The notes: generated by a model from the letters alone, not told the origin. Positions 47,043 to 56,621 are shown, counted from the first letter of the stretch. The stretch: DNA of 64,000 nt from an uncultured Candidatus Binatia bacterium (GCA_965213675.1 OZ243916.1:3616001-3680000); one strand, 5' to 3'. Program-made: numbers and translations.

Positions 47043-48608
47043 ATGGGCACGGTGATGGGCAGGAACGGCATGGTCGCGTGCAGCCAGCGGCTGGCTTCGC
47101 TGGTGGGCGTCCAGGTGTTGGCGGAGGGCGGCAACGCGGTGGACGCGGCTGTGGCCACCGCGGCGATGCTCGGGGTGCTGGAGCCCATGTCCATCGGTAT
47201 CGGCGGAGACGCTTTCGCGCTCCTCTACGTGGCCGAGACCGGCGCCATGAAGGCGTTGGACGCCAGCGGCCGCTCGCCCCAAGGGGCCGACGCCGGGGAA
47301 TTCCGGAAACAGGGCCTCGACGGGGTGCCGCAGACGGGCATCCATTCGGTGACCGTGCCCGGCGCGGTGCACGGGTGGGAGACGCTGCTGGCAGCCCATG
47401 GCACGCGCACGCTGGCGGCGCTTCTGGAACCCGCCATCCGCTGCGCCACCGACGGCTTCCCGGTGAGCGCCTTCACCAGTGCGGAGTGGCGCGGGCTGGA
47501 GGGCAAGCTCCGAAAGAACCCGGAGGCGGCCGCGGGCTACCTGGTGGACGGGCGCGCGCCCCGGCCCGGGGAGATTTTCCGGCAGCCGGACCTCGCCCGA
47601 ACGCTCCGCGGCATTGCCGAGGGCGGCGCGGATTACTTCTATGGCGGCGCGCCGGCGGAGAAGCTCGTTCGTTGCTCCGAAAAGCTCGGCGGCGTATTCA
47701 CCCTGCGCGACATGGAGGAGCATGCGTCGGAGTGGGTGGCGCCCATCCATGCGCCCTATCGCGGCCGCGAAGTTTACCAACTGCCGCCGGCCACCCAGGG
47801 GTTCGTGGCGCTGGAGATGCTCGGCATCCTCGAAGGTTTCGACCTGACTGGGCTGGAGCACAACGGCGTCGAGCACCTGCACCTCTTCATCGAAGCCAAG
47901 AAACGCGCTTTCGCGGACCGCGAGCGCTACCTGGGCGACCGCGACTGCATGACCGTGGGCTGGGGCGACCTTCTGGCCGAAGCGCGCATCGCCGCGCTCC
48001 GGGACGGCATTTCCAGGGAAAGGGCGGCGGAGCGCGTGGATGCGCTGCCGGTGCAGGGCGACACCGAATACGTGGCCGTGGCCGACGGGCAGGGCAACCG
48101 GGTGTCGTTCATCCAGAGCCTGTTCATGGGTTTCGGCTCGGGCGTGGCGGTGGAGGACACCGGCATCGTGCTCCAGAACCGCGGCCACATGTTTTGTCTC
48201 GAAGACGGCCACCCCAACTGTCTCGGGCCGCGCAAGCGTTGCAGCCACACGCTCATGCCGGGGATGGTGTGCCGGGACGGGCAGCCCGTGCTGGTGGTGG
48301 GGCTCAAGGGCGGCCATGTCCAGGCTCAGGTGCAGAGCCAGATCATTGCCAACGTGGTGGACTTCGGCATGAGCGCGCAGGACGCGCTGGACGCGCCCCG
48401 GTTCAACCACCTGTCCGGCGTGGAGGTGGCGCTGGAACCGGGCATTGCCGCCAACACGGTGAGCGCCCTGGAGGGCCGCGGCCACCGCGTGGTTCCGGGA
48501 ACGCCCGAGAGCTTCGGCGGCGCCCACGCCATCGCCATCGAGCCCGACACGGGGGTGCTCATGGGCGGGTCGGATCCGCGCAAGGACGGTTGCGCCATCG
48601 GGTATTGA
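47043..48608 (+). CDS. Gamma-glutamyltransferase-family Ntn hydrolase (YwrD/HpxW-like subgroup)
   Basis: GGNAVDAA, EP..GIGGD, VTVPG, nucleophile GDTEY, SFIQS..GFGSG, LQNRG and GGSDPRKDG. Confidence 0.9.
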   Translation: MGTVMGRNGMVACSQRLASLVGVQVLAEGGNAVDAAVATAAMLGVLEPMSIGIGGDAFALLYVAETGAMKALDASGRSPQGADAGEFRKQGLDGVPQTGIHSVTVPGAVHGWETLLAAHGTRTLAALLEPAIRCATDGFPVSAFTSAEWRGLEGKLRKNPEAAAGYLVDGRAPRPGEIFRQPDLARTLRGIAEGGADYFYGGAPAEKLVRCSEKLGGVFTLRDMEEHASEWVAPIHAPYRGREVYQLPPATQGFVALEMLGILEGFDLTGLEHNGVEHLHLFIEAKKRAFADRERYLGDRDCMTVGWGDLLAEARIAALRDGISRERAAERVDALPVQGDTEYVAVADGQGNRVSFIQSLFMGFGSGVAVEDTGIVLQNRGHMFCLEDGHPNCLGPRKRCSHTLMPGMVCRDGQPVLVVGLKGGHVQAQVQSQIIANVVDFGMSAQDALDAPRFNHLSGVEVALEPGIAANTVSALEGRGHRVVPGTPESFGGAHAIAIEPDTGVLMGGSDPRKDGCAIGY

Positions 48609-48750
48609 AGAGTAGCGACACGACACCAGGAGTCTGCCCGAAATCTGGATGGCGTCCTTCGACTTCGCTTCACGGGCGCGGCGCGACGCATCACGAAGTC
48701 GCCGGGCCGTTCGCTTGCCGGGACGGATCTCCTGGACGGAGGGATCGAGC

Positions 48751-49467
48751 ATGAAGGTTCATGAGTGGCGCAAGGCCATCGGCGACATCGTGCGGGAGCA
48801 TTCGGCTTCCGACGTCTTGACCCGGTACTTCGACCTCAAGCAGAACCCGTTGCGCGCCCAGTTCATCGTCCGGGAACTCGCGCACTTCATACGCCACCGC
48901 CGGGATTGCTGGGCGCACGTATCCGGTAACTGTCCGATCTGGTCGGTGAAGCAGAAGATCCTGCAACACGAATACGGCGAGGTGATCAAGGACGAGTTCA
49001 GCGAGCATGGCCACATCACCCTGATCCTGAATCAGGGCAAGCTGGTGGGGCTGGAGCCGGAGGACATCCTCCATGCCGATCCCCTTCCCACCACCCGCGC
49101 GGTGCTCTACGCTTGGGGCTGGATAACCCGGGAGAAGCCCTGGCTGGAAGGGCTGGCGGCGTTGACGGTGACCGAGTGGTGCAACGACGACCGTCTCCTG
49201 GGAGACCACGGCGGTGGCCATTCCACCCGCATGGGCCGGCGCTGGAGCGAGGACATGGGCTTCCGGATGAAACAGATGCCCAACTTCGACGTGCACTCCC
49301 AGGCCGACGAGGAGCACAGCGACATGTTCCTGGCCGACCTCGAGGAGCACGCCACCGGGCCGCTGCAGGACAAGGCGTTGCGCGCCGTCAAGGAGTCCAT
49401 GGAACTCATGACCCTCTACCGCGCCGGCGTGCTGGAAGCCATGGAACGCATACCGGCGGAAGCCTGA
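48751..49467 (+). CDS. Heme-oxygenase-like diiron protein, paralogue 2
   Basis: HEYGE...HGH, TVTEW, HSQADEEH; GGAGG RBS. Confidence 0.75.
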   Translation: MKVHEWRKAIGDIVREHSASDVLTRYFDLKQNPLRAQFIVRELAHFIRHRRDCWAHVSGNCPIWSVKQKILQHEYGEVIKDEFSEHGHITLILNQGKLVGLEPEDILHADPLPTTRAVLYAWGWITREKPWLEGLAALTVTEWCNDDRLLGDHGGGHSTRMGRRWSEDMGFRMKQMPNFDVHSQADEEHSDMFLADLEEHATGPLQDKALRAVKESMELMTLYRAGVLEAMERIPAEA

Positions 49468-49617
49468 GACGGCAGCGCCGGGAGGCGGCGAGCGATCTTG
49501 CCCCGGGACCGGAATGGAACGCCTGCGGGCGGAAGCCCGACACGCGTCAGGACGGCGGGGCAGCCCGGCAGACGCCTGACACGCGCGCGCGGATCGGCTT
49601 CGGGAAGGAACGACGGG

Positions 49618-50328
49618 ATGGATGAGACCGCGGCCCGCTACGATGAGTTGCTGAACCACTTGACCCGTGAGACGTTCGCCGCACCCGAAGTCCAGCGCTT
49701 CTACGAGGCGCGGCTGACCTTGCCCCGGGCGCGCGTCATCGCGCAGCAGTTCGGCCTGTTCGTGCGCGGCCGGCGCTCGGCCTGGGCCTATCTCATCGCC
49801 CGCTGTCCGCACCTGGAGGTCAAGAAGAAGCTCCTGGCCCACGAGACCGAGGAGATGCTGTTCGATCCGCGTTGCGGCACGGACCACTACAGCCTCTGGG
49901 TGCGGCATGGCGAGGCGGTTGGGCTCGCCGCGGACGAGGTGCACGACGCCCGGCCGTTGCCCACCACCCGCGCGGCCATCTGCGGCTGGAGCTGGCTCGC
50001 CTTCAACTTGTCCTGGCTCGAAGGCCTCGGCGGCGTGGCGGTGCTGGAACGCGTCAACCTGGACCCGATCATTCCCGGCGGCGCGCACCAGACGCGCGCC
50101 CAAGAGCGGTGGATGAGCGACCTTGGGCTGAGCGCGGAACAGCTACCCAACTTCAAGCTGCACCGCGAGGCCGATACCGACCACAAGGGTCAGACCATGG
50201 AGTTGCTGGCCCACTACGCTACGACGGAAGTCCAGTGGGAAGGCATCGTGGACGCCGCGCGTCAGTCGCTGGAGTTCTGGCAGGTGTTTCTCGGCGGCGT
50301 CGGCCGCGCCATGGAAGCGGCCGATTGA
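49618..50328 (+). CDS. Heme-oxygenase-like diiron protein, paralogue 3
   Basis: HETEE..TDHYSLW..GEAVGL (CADD/PqqC-like), PLPTT, VLE and HREADTDH. Confidence 0.8.
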   Translation: MDETAARYDELLNHLTRETFAAPEVQRFYEARLTLPRARVIAQQFGLFVRGRRSAWAYLIARCPHLEVKKKLLAHETEEMLFDPRCGTDHYSLWVRHGEAVGLAADEVHDARPLPTTRAAICGWSWLAFNLSWLEGLGGVAVLERVNLDPIIPGGAHQTRAQERWMSDLGLSAEQLPNFKLHREADTDHKGQTMELLAHYATTEVQWEGIVDAARQSLEFWQVFLGGVGRAMEAAD

Positions 50329-50431
50329 CGGCGTTCGCTCCGGCGGCGCGCACGGGGAAGACGCTGATCCGTGGCCGTTCGCCGAGGGGCAAAGAATCGG
50401 AACTTCCTCAAACAGACAAGAAAGGGGACCC

Positions 50432-50863
50432 ATGGCACGCTTGAGACACATCGCCATCGCTACCAAGGATCCGGAAAAGACCGCGGCCTTCTACCAGAAG
50501 GTGTTCGGGCTCAAGTTCATCAAGAAGGTGCCGGTCTCGCCCCGCGGCGGCGGCGTGTTCCTGTCGGATGGGCACGTCAACTTCGCGTTCCTGAACTATC
50601 CGTCCGACGAGGCCGCAGACATGGTCGGCGGCGCCGCCTACGAGGGGCTCCATCACATGGGGTTTCAGGTGGACGACGTCCAGGAGGCCAATGCGAAGCT
50701 CGACGGCACCGGGGCCGAGATCCTGGGCGACGCCGTCGGTTCCCACCACAGCTTCTACTTCGAGGAGAAGGTGCGCGGCCCCAACGGCGTCATCATGGAC
50801 ATCTCCGCCAAGGGCTGGGATCTCGATCCGCCGGTTTCCGCCGCCGGTGAGAACAAGGACTGA
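50432..50863 (+). CDS. VOC family protein, paralogue of 45828-46166
   Basis: RHIAI..FYQKVFGL..LSDGHV..HHMGF.V..GPNG. Confidence 0.87.
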   Translation: MARLRHIAIATKDPEKTAAFYQKVFGLKFIKKVPVSPRGGGVFLSDGHVNFAFLNYPSDEAADMVGGAAYEGLHHMGFQVDDVQEANAKLDGTGAEILGDAVGSHHSFYFEEKVRGPNGVIMDISAKGWDLDPPVSAAGENKD

Positions 50864-50902
50864 AGCACCGGCGCCACTCACCCCAGGAGCTTGCGCGGGC
50901 GT

Positions 50903-51805
50903 TCACAGCCCGGTGGCCTTCAGGGCGCTGGCGACAGTCTGCATCGCTTCCTCGGAGAGTTCCTCGGAAGGCCAGCGCGGGTAACGCCTGATCTTGAAGC
51001 CGCGGGCGCGCATGGCTTCGCGATGGGCGCTGCGGCCGTAGCGCTGGCCCAGCCGTCCGATGGTCCGCCCGAAGTCGTCGGCCTTCTTCTGCAGCGGAAT
51101 CGCCGCTTCGTAGTCCCGCCGCTCCAGGGCGTTCCACAGCGCCACGCAGATCTCGGGAATCGCGCTGGTCAAGGGCGGGATGGCGCCACTCAGCCCGTGC
51201 GGCGTCGCCGGCAGCAGATCGATGCTGTTGCCGGACATGACCGCGAAGTCCGCCGGCATGGCCTCCAGATATCCCATCAACGGCCCTTGGGCGTAGTAGC
51301 TTGCCTTCATGCCGCACAGCGACGGGACCTCCTGTTGGAGGGCCTTCGCGGTGGCCGGAGTGAAGGCCCAGCCGGAATACTTCACGTTGTCATAGAGGAA
51401 CAGCGGTGTGCCGTTCACGGCCTCCGCCACGGCTTTGTAGTGCGCCGTGATCTCCCAGGGCGTGTGGTCGGTGAAGTAGTAAGGCGGCACCACGGCCACC
51501 GCGTCCACCCCCAGGCCCTGCGAGTGTTGCGCCAGCCGGCAGGTGGTCTGCACGTCCGCGGCGCCGGCATGCATGATAACCGGCACGCGCCCGCGTACCC
51601 GTTCCACGACGAACTCCGCGGTGGCGACCCGCTGCTCCGTGGTCATGGCTGGCCCCATGCCGGTGGACCCGAGCACGAAGAGCCCTTGTACGCCGGCGGC
51701 GATGTGGAACTCCAGCATGTCGCCGAGCACATCGAAGTCCACCTCGCCGTCGTCGTCGAAGGTAGTGAGGGTGGGAATGAAGATGCCGCGGAATCGGGGT
51801 TTCAT
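50903..51805 (-). CDS. DHDPS/N-acetylneuraminate lyase family class I aldolase
   Basis: TTFDDDGEVD, GSTG, VPPYY, LYD and Schiff-base lysine in GMKAS. Confidence 0.87.
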   Translation of the reverse strand: MKPRFRGIFIPTLTTFDDDGEVDFDVLGDMLEFHIAAGVQGLFVLGSTGMGPAMTTEQRVATAEFVVERVRGRVPVIMHAGAADVQTTCRLAQHSQGLGVDAVAVVPPYYFTDHTPWEITAHYKAVAEAVNGTPLFLYDNVKYSGWAFTPATAKALQQEVPSLCGMKASYYAQGPLMGYLEAMPADFAVMSGNSIDLLPATPHGLSGAIPPLTSAIPEICVALWNALERRDYEAAIPLQKKADDFGRTIGRLGQRYGRSAHREAMRARGFKIRRYPRWPSEELSEEAMQTVASALKATGL

Positions 51806-52032
51806 GATGGCCTCCGTGATGCTGTCCTGCTCCAGGAGCACCCTGCGCCGCAGGCTCCTGGTGTCGTGTCCCTGTGACGTGCACGCGCGCGCGGCGGGTC
51901 GGGCTGCGTCTGGGCGAGCCCGCCCCGCATGATGGTCGCCGCCGCGGTCCGCCGGAAGCCGCGGGCAGGTTTGGCGGAGCGCGATCCGCCCGTTTTCAGG
52001 TTTGTGGAATCGTTTTCGGGACTCTGGAATCA

Positions 52033-52068
52033 AGAGGGGCATGCCCCCGGTTGGAAGCATGCCCCTCT
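52033..52068 (-). terminator. Stem-loop downstream of the ABC solute-binding gene
   Basis: AGAGGGGCATGC-12 nt-GCATGCCCCTCT; weak U-tract. Confidence 0.45.
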
Positions 52069-52087
52069 CTTCGTTCGGCAGCGCGTT

Positions 52088-53620
52088 CTACTTCACGCTG
52101 ATGTCCATGCCGTAGATGCGGGAGTCGGCCGGTGGCTGGTAGTCGACGCCTTGGGACAGGCCCCACAGGAACTCGTGCCGCCACTGAAAGCAGGCGGGGG
52201 CCATGTCGGTGATCAACTCCATGGCCTCGGTGAGGTACTCGTTCCGCTTCACCGGATCGAACTCCTGCTGTTCCCTGTCAAGGGCTGCGTCGATGTCGGG
52301 ATGGGAGAAGCCGATCCGCGGCGAGCCGCCCTTCCGGAAGTACTGGTGAAACGCCGAACTCGGATCGAGAACGCCGCCACGGCCCATGTAGAAGAACGGC
52401 ACTTTCCCCACCTGGACGTTGGCCCAGAGGGTGGGCCACTCCGGCGTGCGCAACTTGGCCTTGAAGCCCACGGCGTTGAGCATCGGGATCATGGACTCGG
52501 TGACCTGCTTGTCCAGGATGTAGCGGCCCACCGGGGTCTGCAACTCCACCTCGACGCCGCCGTCGGGGTAGCCGGCCTTGGCCAGCAGCTCACGCGCCTT
52601 GTCGGGGTCGTAGGTGTAACGGGTCTTCAGGTTGGGGTTGTAGCCCAACTGGCCCGGACCCAGGGGGCCGTCGAGGCGCTGTGCCTGCCCTTGCAGCAGA
52701 GTCCTGATGATCTTGTCCCGGTCGATGGCGTAGCACACCGCCTGACGCACTTCCTTCTTGTCGAAGGGCGGCTTGGGCTGCATGGCCAGGAACATGAGCA
52801 CGAGGGATTGGACCTTGGCGATCTTGTGCTTCGAAGAGCTCTCCACCGTCTTCATCAGATGCGGCGGGATGAGCTGTGCGATCTGCACCTCGTCGTTCAT
52901 GAGGGCCGCCACCCGTTGCTCGGTTTCGCGCATGACGCGGAAGACGACTTCGTCCGGCGCGTTGGCATTCCGCGACATGGCCGGGTGATCGGGCCGCTTC
53001 CGGATGACCATGCGCTGACCCTGCACCAATTCCACCAACTCGTAGGGACCGCCGCCCAAGTGGTGCTTCCGGTCGGCCTCCGCCGCGCCGTACTTGTCGT
53101 ACACCGCCTTGCTGGTGATGATCAGGCCGTCACAGAGGAAGTCCAGCAGCGGTGCGGTGGGTTTGTGGGTGGTGACCTGCACGGTGAAGTCGTCCAGCGC
53201 CTTGACTTCCTTGACCGGGCGGGCCACGGATGCCTTCTGCTTGCTCTGGGGATCGTTGAAGACGCGCCAGATGGAGTGGACGATGTCTTGGGCCTTCACC
53301 GGGCTGCCGTCGTTGAACGTGTAGCGCTGGTCCAGCTCGAACACCCAGTTATTGGGGTCCACGACCTTCCAGCTCTTGGCCAGACGCGGCTCCCACTTGC
53401 CGTCGTTCCAGTTGTACTTGCACAGGGGGCCCGCCAGCTCGGTGTAGATGCCGTAGAGCAGCGCCACGCTGTCGCCGTAGGGGTTGTGCGTCTCCATGGT
53501 CTCGGTCACGCCGATGCTGACCCGGGTCTTCTTCTGGGCCCACGCCGCGTTGGCCGCAAGGCACAGCGTGACGGCCGCGACGATCAGCGTCAGAAACGTG
53601 ATTCGCAAGTGCTTCCGCAT
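52088..53620 (-). CDS. ABC transporter solute-binding protein, family 5 (peptide/nickel type)
   Basis: Signal peptide, PRLAKSW, FNDGSP, GGGPY, VRQAVCYAIDR and YDPDKARELL. Confidence 0.9.
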   Translation of the reverse strand: MRKHLRITFLTLIVAAVTLCLAANAAWAQKKTRVSIGVTETMETHNPYGDSVALLYGIYTELAGPLCKYNWNDGKWEPRLAKSWKVVDPNNWVFELDQRYTFNDGSPVKAQDIVHSIWRVFNDPQSKQKASVARPVKEVKALDDFTVQVTTHKPTAPLLDFLCDGLIITSKAVYDKYGAAEADRKHHLGGGPYELVELVQGQRMVIRKRPDHPAMSRNANAPDEVVFRVMRETEQRVAALMNDEVQIAQLIPPHLMKTVESSSKHKIAKVQSLVLMFLAMQPKPPFDKKEVRQAVCYAIDRDKIIRTLLQGQAQRLDGPLGPGQLGYNPNLKTRYTYDPDKARELLAKAGYPDGGVEVELQTPVGRYILDKQVTESMIPMLNAVGFKAKLRTPEWPTLWANVQVGKVPFFYMGRGGVLDPSSAFHQYFRKGGSPRIGFSHPDIDAALDREQQEFDPVKRNEYLTEAMELITDMAPACFQWRHEFLWGLSQGVDYQPPADSRIYGMDISVK

Positions 53621-53765
53621 TTCGGTCTCCTCTCCGATGTTTGGTTGACGATGGGTCCGATTCCGACAATTCCGCGCTTCTATCAACGCGCCGTGCCGAT
53701 GTCAACCGCGAGCCCGGACCTCCAGGACCTCCGGACCTTGAATGCCCGCAGGCGTCCGCTTTGCC

Positions 53766-54488
53766 TCACAACAGTATGGCCGCCAGGCCGCCGGCCACGA
53801 CGATGGCGGTGGCGAGCCAGCGGAAGGCCGCCACCGAAACCCGGTCCCGCAGCCATGTGGCGGTGAAGTAGCCGAGGATGATGCCGGGAAGGCCGTAGAG
53901 CACGAACCACCCGGTGGCCGCGGTGAGCAGATCCATCCTCCAGTAGAAGGGCAGGGAGAACGCGGAGGTGATGAAGAAATAGGCGATGACAGTGCCGCGG
54001 AAGCGGGCGGGCTCCCAGCGTTGCTTCAGTCCGAGCAATACCAGGGGCGGGCCGCCCACCGACGTGCTGCCGCCAAGAAAGCCGGCGATCAGTCCGACGC
54101 CGATGCAGGCCGGCGTCTCCCGCCGGAACGGACGCCCGGGGGTGACCTGAAGCAGGAACACCAGGACGATCATCAGCGCGCCGATGATCCGTTGCAGGGT
54201 CACGGTGTCGATTTCCTTCAGGATCACGGCGCCCAGCGGGATCATCAGCGCGGCGCTCCCCGCCAGGAGAACGAGCCGGCGCCAGTCCACGTCGCGGCGG
54301 AGTTGAATGAACTGGGCCGCGCCCAGCGGGACATACAGCAGAGTCATGGCCGGCACCACCACCGCGGCCGGCAACGCCACCACCAGCAGGGGCACGGACA
54401 TGATCATCATGCCCGCCCCGGTGATGCCCTGAATGCTCGCCGCCCACAACACCACCGCAAAGACGTAGAGTCCGGTCTCCCATCCCAT
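53766..54488 (-). CDS. TauE/SafE (TSUP) family membrane exporter
   Basis: QGITGAG..P, GFLGG.TSVGGPP, FRGT; about 8 TM segments. Confidence 0.85.
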   Translation of the reverse strand: MGWETGLYVFAVVLWAASIQGITGAGMMIMSVPLLVVALPAAVVVPAMTLLYVPLGAAQFIQLRRDVDWRRLVLLAGSAALMIPLGAVILKEIDTVTLQRIIGALMIVLVFLLQVTPGRPFRRETPACIGVGLIAGFLGGSTSVGGPPLVLLGLKQRWEPARFRGTVIAYFFITSAFSLPFYWRMDLLTAATGWFVLYGLPGIILGYFTATWLRDRVSVAAFRWLATAIVVAGGLAAILL

Positions 54489-54572
54489 GTGCGTTTCCTG
54501 TTCCGTTCAACCACGATTCTTCGGAAGCGGCATTCGATTGCCGGTCACGCGGTTCTCCGCGCGCCCGTCCGC

Positions 54573-54598
54573 AAGGCCGACCGGCCGGTCGCCCTTAC
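54573..54598 (-). repeat. GTAG-type REP-like palindrome overlapping the stop of the DASS gene
   Basis: Minus strand GTAAGGGCGACCGGCCGGTCGGCCTT. Confidence 0.55.
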
Positions 54599-55986
54599 GG
54601 GGTCGCGAAATATCCCAGGTGGCGCAGCCACACGAACTGGAGCGGCAACGTCACGCACCAGGCCAGCAGGGTCAGGGCCAGCAGCAGCCGGGTGGCGCGG
54701 CTCGCGGGCATCCCGGCGAGGCGCGCCGCGATCATGACGGGCGGCAGCTCGTACGGGAACGGGACCATGGACCAGTTCACGGTCTGGGTCAGGAGAACCG
54801 TGGCCACGGGCCATCCGGTGGCGGCGCTGAGGTCCTTGGCCAGGGCGGCCGCGATCACCGGTTCGGCGGGCGTGGTGGCGGCGATGCTGATGAGCATGCC
54901 CACGGCGCTCATGGCGGCGAAATTCACAAAGTCGCGCCCCGGCTCCATGGGCAGCTTGTGCAGCAGCGAACCCGCCAGGAGATCTCCCAGTCCGCTGTGC
55001 ACCACCACCGACCCCAGGCCCACGATGCCGCAGATGAAGAGCCACGGCCCGAGGTTGACCTTGCCGGTGAGGGAATCGGGCGGCATGCAGCCGATCCGCG
55101 GCAACAGGCACAGGATGCCGGCGCCCAAGGCGACCCAGGCCGGCGACACCCGGTGCCAGTAGTCCGTGACCCACAGGGCCAGGGCCGCCATCAGGATCAG
55201 CAGCAGCGTGCGCTCCGCCGCCGTCCACGGAGCGCGCGCGTCCGGCGTCCCCACCGCGCTCACTTCCGCGGGAAACAACGCGGCGATCAGGAAGGGCAGG
55301 GCGATGAGGTTGACCACGCTGATGACCGGAAAGTGCATCAGGAAGTACTCGCCGTAGGTGATCTGGATGCCGTGGATGCTTTCGGCCGCCCCCAGCATCA
55401 CGACACTGGGCACCGCCGCGGTGAGGATGCCGAAACTCGGGAAGATGCTGCCGGTCGCCACCGCCAGGGTGATGCCGGTGCGCCCGATGCTGCCGCGCCC
55501 GAACCCCAGGCGTTCGCCCATGCTGAGAAAGATCGGCAGCATCACCAGCACCCGGCTCATGTTGGAGGGCACGATAAAGCCCATGAGTCCGGCGGTGAGC
55601 ACAATGCGGCACAGCAATCCGCGATAGGACCGGCCGTACCAGGCTACCGCCGCCGTGGCCATGCGCGCGCCGAGGCCGGTGGTCTGCACCGCCGCCGCGA
55701 TGATGAGGCCGCCGAAAACCAGCCAGCCCGCGGTGGAGGAAAACCCGGCGAAGACGACGTCCGGCGGCGCGCCGGCGACGGTCACCGCCAGAAAGCAGAA
55801 AATCACCGCCGTGAGGTACTCGGGGATCACCGCGGTGGCCCACAGGCCCACGCACACCACCAGGACCCCCGCGGTGGGAAGGATCGCCGGGGACAGTCCG
55901 GCGGGCGTCGGCGCAAGCGCCAGCGTCAGGCCCGCGGCGCAGGCGGTCCACGCCAACAGCCGCGCCGGTGCGAGCGCCCGGGTCAT
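54595..55986 (-). CDS. SLC13/DASS family sodium:dicarboxylate/sulfate permease
   Basis: LWAT.VIPEY, WLVFGG, TGLGAR, VPSNMSR, LWVTD.WH; polytopic membrane protein. Confidence 0.82.
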   Translation of the reverse strand: MTRALAPARLLAWTACAAGLTLALAPTPAGLSPAILPTAGVLVVCVGLWATAVIPEYLTAVIFCFLAVTVAGAPPDVVFAGFSSTAGWLVFGGLIIAAAVQTTGLGARMATAAVAWYGRSYRGLLCRIVLTAGLMGFIVPSNMSRVLVMLPIFLSMGERLGFGRGSIGRTGITLAVATGSIFPSFGILTAAVPSVVMLGAAESIHGIQITYGEYFLMHFPVISVVNLIALPFLIAALFPAEVSAVGTPDARAPWTAAERTLLLILMAALALWVTDYWHRVSPAWVALGAGILCLLPRIGCMPPDSLTGKVNLGPWLFICGIVGLGSVVVHSGLGDLLAGSLLHKLPMEPGRDFVNFAAMSAVGMLISIAATTPAEPVIAAALAKDLSAATGWPVATVLLTQTVNWSMVPFPYELPPVMIAARLAGMPASRATRLLLALTLLAWCVTLPLQFVWLRHLGYFATP

Positions 55987-56621
55987 TCGGCGTCAGGCTG
56001 CCGTTCAGGGGCCTGGTCCCTGAACGCGGGCAGGCGCATGCAGTTCTCGTGGATGCGCGCCAGGGTGGGAAAGCGTCCCAGGTCCACGGCGAAACGCTGG
56101 GAGTTGAACACCTGCGGCGCCAGGCAGACATCGGCCAGGGTCGGGTGGTCGCCGAAACAGTGCGCCCCGGTGCGCGAATCGTTCTTCAGCATCGCCTCCA
56201 TGGCGCCGAAGCCGTCCGCAATCCAGCGCCGCGCCCATGCGCCCCGGGCGTCGTCGTCCAGGCCCAGGTCCCGCTCCAGGTACTGCAGGATCCGGAGATT
56301 GTTGATGGGATGGATGTCGCAGGCCACGACCTGGGCCAGCGCCCGCACCCACGCCCGGTCCACCGCCCCGGCCGGCAGCAGCGCGGGTTCGGGAACCTGC
56401 TCTTCCAGGTACTCCATGATGGCCAGGGACTGCGTGAGCCACGCGCCGCCGTCTTCCAGAGCCGGCACCAGACCTTGCGGATTTCGCTCCAGAAACCCCT
56501 GCGCCCGTTGTTCGCCGCGCCGGAGGTGAACCGGCTGAAGGTCGTAGTCCAGCCCCTTGAGGGCCATGGCGATGCGCACCCGGTACGATGCCGAACTCCG
56601 GAAGTAGCCGTAAAGTTTCAT
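55983..56621 (-). CDS. maiA: Maleylacetoacetate/maleylpyruvate isomerase (zeta-class GST)
   Basis: YFRSSASYRVRI, NPQGLVP, QSLAI, CDIHPINNL and PERQPDAE. Confidence 0.93.
   Translation of the reverse strand: MKLYGYFRSSASYRVRIAMALKGLDYDLQPVHLRRGEQRAQGFLERNPQGLVPALEDGGAWLTQSLAIMEYLEEQVPEPALLPAGAVDRAWVRALAQVVACDIHPINNLRILQYLERDLGLDDDARGAWARRWIADGFGAMEAMLKNDSRTGAHCFGDHPTLADVCLAPQVFNSQRFAVDLGRFPTLARIHENCMRLPAFRDQAPERQPDAE

Noticed and set aside
46243-50328. Calling the diiron proteins PqqC or TenA
   Set aside because: No pqqABDE or thiamine genes nearby, and the HxxxDxxH plus Glu ligand set fits metal-binding CADD-like proteins better
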